From: Aplysia californica
Taxonomy: Eukaryota
NCBI RefSeq assembly: GCF_000002075.1
Contig: NW_004797741.1
Span: 500,827-564,826, forward strand
Direction: 5' to 3'
DNA length: 64,000 bases
Position 1 is the stretch's first letter. Every line of letters begins with the position of its first letter. The position numbers and the translations under genes were made by a program. Positions 60,901 to 64,000 of the stretch are shown here, in pieces. The notes under the pieces were generated by a model. The model did no database searches. It was not told the DNA's origin and saw only the letters and a list, made by a program, of their open reading frames with translations.

Positions 60901-63619
60901 TAAGTACCCCACACATACAACGGAGACAGAAAATGCCTTTTTGTTCAGAAAAATTACAAAGAGGTATGGTGCTGCCAATTCAGAGTACCCAAAACGTCCA
61001 ACACTGAGCACTTTTCTACTATTTTGAGATAAATATTTTAACACTTTGATACATATTATACTATACTATGAACTAAATTTCATAGGTCAAGACAATAAAA
61101 AGCAAAAGTGTAAGCCCTAATGAGGGATTTTGGGAGGGGTCAAATGTGTACAAAATCAAAGTGTAGACAACTCAACACATAAAACAGATGTTAGGTGCTT
61201 TAACAAAATTTTTGGTTTTGCCGAAGACCAACAAAAAAAATGGTATAGTGTTCCACTTTCATACGTCAGCAAACATTCCTACAAATGTAAAGAGTATCAA
61301 TAGCTGCACGCCTCTCTCCAGGCTTTCAGGACACAAAAACACAACCAAACAGTGACGTTAGAAGACAACACAGCAAGAAAAGCTTCCTACACTACTCATA
61401 AATTTTGCATTTTGATTTATTCCATACAACAAAGCAAGTTTACTGGATAATATTTATATCTTTCATTTAGAGGCCTAAGAATATAATATATATTATATAA
61501 ATATATATATAATATGCATCCCAAATGTTGAAGAAACCCCCTTTGTTGTATTCTACTGTATTTGTGTCATCATCTAAATACACGTCATATACCGTGCACA
61601 TATAGTCGTGCTAATTGTCCGAAACCACAGCAAGCTTATGCCACTTGGACAATCAAAGCTGAAAATGTTGCTTCACTTTCCTCCAATATATGGTCTACAC
61701 AGAAAATATGAAAGAAATCAAAAAACCATATACAGTTATTACAAAACCAAAAAGAAATTAACAATCCTGAATAGCCAGAGAAAATGAGAGAGACCAAAGA
61801 AACCAGTCACCATAATGGGACCTCTTCACAAAGAAATCAATGGAAGAAAAGAAAATTTATTTAGTAAAGAATAAAAAACAATGCATTGACAGACTGAGTG
61901 AAAATATGCAGCTTTTCTTGAGAGAAAACAAATTCAAAAGTAAGCAAATTGATGAAAAAGAAGATACTGTTTACAGCATTCTGAACTCTCCTTACTCTTG
62001 CAGGTCAACCGCCTAAGTGACACCAGTGCCATACACAAAGTGGAAGCATGCAAATACTTACATTCTCCTGCGAGTGCAACAGACATATATAAATGGCAAT
62101 GTTAAACATGGTATGTCAAATGAAGAGACAAACACTAAATACAATACTGGAAAGTGCTGTCATACAAGGAGAAAGGGGAAAAAAACAAAAAACTATAAAT
62201 AAAAATAATGCAATTTGGTGTTGCCTCTTCAGAATCCGAGATATAAATTTTGTCATGATATGCACAATACTGTGTGCAATGCAATGATGAATATGGATAT
62301 TGCATATGAAGGTTTGATGAACGAACGTACATTTCAACTATGAGATGGTGTAGATGAGATGCTGAGGAGTGATGCTGGAACAATGTGGTGAGGACATTAC
62401 TACATCTCTGGCAGGTTAGGGGCGAGCAACATGCAAACAAACCATTTGTTTGAGATGGGGAATTTGACTACACGAAGAGGTTAAATGATTGCATTTGAGC
62501 GTTTTCCAAAAGTATTAGACTAGATTCAAGGAACAAAATGTTGGGGAGTTAAATAGTAATAAACCTTGTAACAAAAGATGCAGTAGGACACAATGACTTT
62601 AGTCACTTCAGGTCCACAAAGAACCAGTTCAGTTAAACATTGGCTCCACAGGGGAAAATTATGTTAAGGAAAGGGTTTGGAAACATGAAATATTTTCAAC
62701 AGTCCCAAACAGCATGAAGAAACCAGTTGGGAGTCAGCGCTATGAGATTAACCACTGAAATAGGAACAAGGCAGAGGGTGCAATGACAGCCCATCACGTG
62801 TCACTGAAATGGCGCAACAAAATATGCCAATTATATCATCTAACTGTTCTATACAGAGTCTATAGACTGTATAGACTTACTACGACATCATTTTAGCTTC
62901 AATACCTCTTTCAATCCAAAAAGAACACAAGGTAAATAAAAGGTTGAAGCTCTCTTACATTCAAGAAACATAGAAACTTCTAAAATGGTCCGCAGTTCAA
63001 TCAAGAATGGCCTGTTGGAGATCTGAACAATTCAACCTGATACCAACTAAGCTTCCAGCACGCCCAGTCTATAGATCCTGTATACATAATGAAACACAAA
63101 CTGAAGCCACCTACACTTCCTTTATAACACAGTACAAACTTCAGCAGTCAAAGTTTTTCCTAGTGTCTTCATAAATACATCTATACTAAAAGACAAACTT
63201 TTCCACTTTTGTGCTCTCATGCACTCTGGCACCCTGATAAGCTCATTGCACCTCCTGCTCTGACCCCTACTCCCTTGGTAGTTCACAGAGAACAAGGACA
63301 CAACACGAGCCACTCACTTGATCTCCTCCTCCAGCGCAGTCTGGAACAGCTTGGTCAGCAGGTACTCCTCCCTCTGGTTGGCTCCGTAGTTGAACAGGGA
63401 GTAGATGACGGCCTCCATGAACTTGGTGGTGCGGGACTGGGGCATCTCGAAGATGAGCTTAGCCAGGTAGTTGGGACAGGTCTGCAGCAGGTAGAACAAG
63501 TGCTGGTAGGTCTCCAGCCGCTCGTGGTTCTCCTTACTGAGGGCCTTGAGGCCGCCGCCCCGCAGCTGGGGGTCGTCCGACGTGCGCTTGGTCAGCTTCT
63601 TGTTGTGGGTCACCACGTC
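47272..63619 (-). CDS. IQGAP1: IQGAP-family Ras GTPase-activating-like scaffold (GRD + RasGAP_C), 5'-partial, 15 coding exons
   Basis: Spliced translation includes YQHLFYLLQT.P.YLAKLIF, IVTGNP (Thr at the arginine-finger position), GNLLYYRYINSAIVAPD (YYR replaces RasGAP FLR), DIRNQRRYR, LHEKGV and DLLQLQYEGVAVMKMF..NVNLLIFLLNRKFYGK. AG/GT boundaries and phases are consistent. The symbol is the closest vertebrate member. Confidence 0.95.
47622..47983 (-). mobile_element. Older family A copy with a younger family A copy (47705-47875) inserted inside it
   Basis: TSD GTATAACAAGA at 47694-47704 and 47876-47886. Confidence 0.88.
48343..48451 (-). CDS. IQGAP1: IQGAP exon FKNVVFEIGATEDPGVFSVNAKFMGVQMDKVELVFQ
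   Basis: tctcag / gtcagg. Confidence 0.95.
48987..49167 (-). mobile_element. Family A retroposon with 11-bp TSD
   Basis: TSD CTTTGTCTTCT at 48976-48986 and 49168-49178. Confidence 0.9.
49274..49399 (-). CDS. IQGAP1: IQGAP exon KNRKSG...VTYTATRLHEKGVVLEIEGLPQNQ
   Basis: ccctag / gtgagt. Confidence 0.93.
50244..50410 (-). CDS. IQGAP1: IQGAP exon DIRNQRRYRNNRKQEL...YYNQYVKTCMDNLQQKT
   Basis: cctcag / gtaagt. Confidence 0.95.
51092..51206 (-). CDS. IQGAP1: IQGAP exon LPIEVMKTKVKANLQSLELAGMVSKQNKYQALLNSIVQ
   Basis: aaacag / gtatgt. Confidence 0.92.
51785..51991 (-). CDS. IQGAP1: IQGAP exon TKRMIVDVIACQPGDNL...ASILGDTR (shortest form; upstream in-frame acceptors exist)
   Basis: ctgtag / gtcagt; matches the IQGAP TKRLIVDVIRFQPG region. 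Confidence 0.9.
51964..52670 (-). repeat. 51-bp tandem array made of the IQGAP intron/exon junction (14 acceptors at exact 51-bp spacing)
   Basis: plus-strand CCTACAG at 51991, 52042, 52093 ... 52654; minus unit GACAAAGCGTATGATCGTAGATGTCATATCTCTATCTTATCCACCCTGTAG. Confidence 0.97.
52671..53192 (-). repeat. About 6 older degenerate copies of the same splice-junction unit, interrupted by a retroposon
   Basis: tcatacgcttt/gtcctacag-like cores near 52709, 52953, 53004, 53061, 53130, 53183. Confidence 0.8.
52763..52939 (-). mobile_element. Family A retroposon inserted into a degenerate splice-junction repeat unit
   Basis: TSD TCATACACTTT at 52752-52762 and 52940-52950. Confidence 0.92.
53755..53996 (-). 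CDS. IQGAP1: IQGAP exon LLLKHQDTIAPEGGDPLHELL...KTEISLTLSSKF...SLLIR
   Basis: gtccag / gtggga. Confidence 0.94.
54017..54200 (-). mobile_element. Family A retroposon just upstream of an IQGAP acceptor
   Basis: full-length reverse match; perfect GGCACTTG/CAAGTGCC stem. Confidence 0.87.
54554..54686 (-). CDS. IQGAP1: IQGAP exon KYCLSACDVEEPEARFNVDQYSD...KPVVYISVGEIVDTHQ
   Basis: ccgcag / gtacca. Confidence 0.94.
55199..55266 (-). CDS. IQGAP1: IQGAP exon FGGESAYLASMNDYIRNAHEKFK
   Basis: tctcag / gtaaga. Confidence 0.92.
56051..56215 (-). CDS. IQGAP1: IQGAP exon IVGNLLYYRYINSAIVAPDAFDII...QRRNLGSIAKILQFAASNKG
   Basis: tcacag / gtgagt; IQGAP YYR signature. Confidence 0.96.
56931..57015 (-). 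CDS. IQGAP1: IQGAP exon YGMRYMAKVMRECLLKKFPDAPEKDVLK
   Basis: catcag / gtggct. Confidence 0.94.
57517..57657 (-). CDS. IQGAP1: IQGAP exon GLPYDVSTEQALKHEEV...ILSSLDSIP
   Basis: ttgcag / gtgagt. Confidence 0.94.
57888..57942. repeat. (GGGA)n(GA)n microsatellite
   Basis: direct reading. Confidence 0.9.
57990..58139 (-). CDS. IQGAP1: IQGAP exon NQRGQNALKEML...INTNPVEVYKAWVNQTESSTGKA
   Basis: gttcag / gtgggg. Confidence 0.94.
58769..58843 (-). CDS. IQGAP1: IQGAP exon SKVDKMTDIVTGNPLVVKMIVGFNR
   Basis: tctcag / gtgtgt. Confidence 0.93.
62062..62067 (-). CDS. IQGAP1: Candidate 6-nt alternative microexon of IQGAP (GAGAAT)
   Basis: minus strand reads tgttgcactcgcag|GAGAAT|gtaagtattTGCATG; frame-preserving in a phase-2 intron. 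Confidence 0.55.
63318..63619 (-). CDS. IQGAP1: IQGAP exon DVVTHNKKL...LFYLLQTCPNYLAKLIFEMPQ...ALEEEI
   Basis: ctccag / gtgagt on minus. Confidence 0.95.
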
Positions 63620-63892
63620 CTGGAGGGGAGAGGAGGCAGCACGGAGACAAGTTGGTTCAGCAATATAAAATTTATATTGGCACAAAAAATGGTCAGGTCG
63701 CACGAGGACAGAAGCAAGACAGACAGATGTAGAAAGACTGATGGGAGAGAAGGAAGATTACTGACAATACTCCAAAGCCATTCACAGATATTGAAACCTA
63801 GCCTCTATTTCATCAAATATATTTATGAAATGATAATACCCACATTAATGAAGCACAGCACGGCAACAGACCAAAAGCTATAGTCAAAACTT

Positions 63893-64000
63893 CTTTAGTT
63901 TAGTTTTAGTAAGAGTTTTAAGACACTTGCAAAAGAAATAGGTCCTATGAGTGCTGAAGATCAGAGGTGTTACTTAAGAGTAACATACAAAGAAAAGGAT
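63893..64000 (-). mobile_element. Family A retroposon, cut by the window edge
   Basis: tail TTTAGTTTAGTTTTAGT, hairpin and body match. Confidence 0.8.

Noticed and set aside
63209-63883. 224-aa plus-strand ORF
   Set aside because: Antisense shadow of the GC-rich IQGAP exon.

Overview
Eukaryotic animal genomic DNA (intron-exon structure, SINE/RTE/MITE content and AT-rich introns suggest an invertebrate, probably a mollusc; that is inference). The window holds the 3' parts of two convergent multi-exon genes. On +: an SLC12A2/NKCC1-like Na-K-2Cl cotransporter, 20 coding exons from 2078 to the stop at 26777, ending [12 protein letters not shown]. On -: an IQGAP-family scaffold, 15 coding exons from 63619 down to the stop at 47272, covering the GAP-related and RasGAP C-terminal domains. 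All exon phases join into continuous frames. Both 5' ends lie outside the window. Introns and the intergenic zone carry about 16 copies of a ~180-bp retroposon with no tRNA head, tRNA-derived SINEs sharing its 3' hairpin, RTE LINE fragments, two TIR/TSD-bounded non-autonomous DNA elements, minisatellites and three N-gaps. Most striking: (1) a polarised array of ~20 duplicated IQGAP 3' splice sites, where 14 near-perfect acceptors at 51-nt spacing keep the reading frame open (17 aa per unit); (2) a 6-nt IQGAP microexon candidate with SRRM4-type UGC and RBFOX UGCAUG motifs; (3) several retroposon types sharing one covarying 3' stem-loop; (4) a mucin-like insertion in the NKCC extracellular loop. 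Nearly all ORFs in the supplied track are intronic noise. No CRISPR or prokaryotic system is present.
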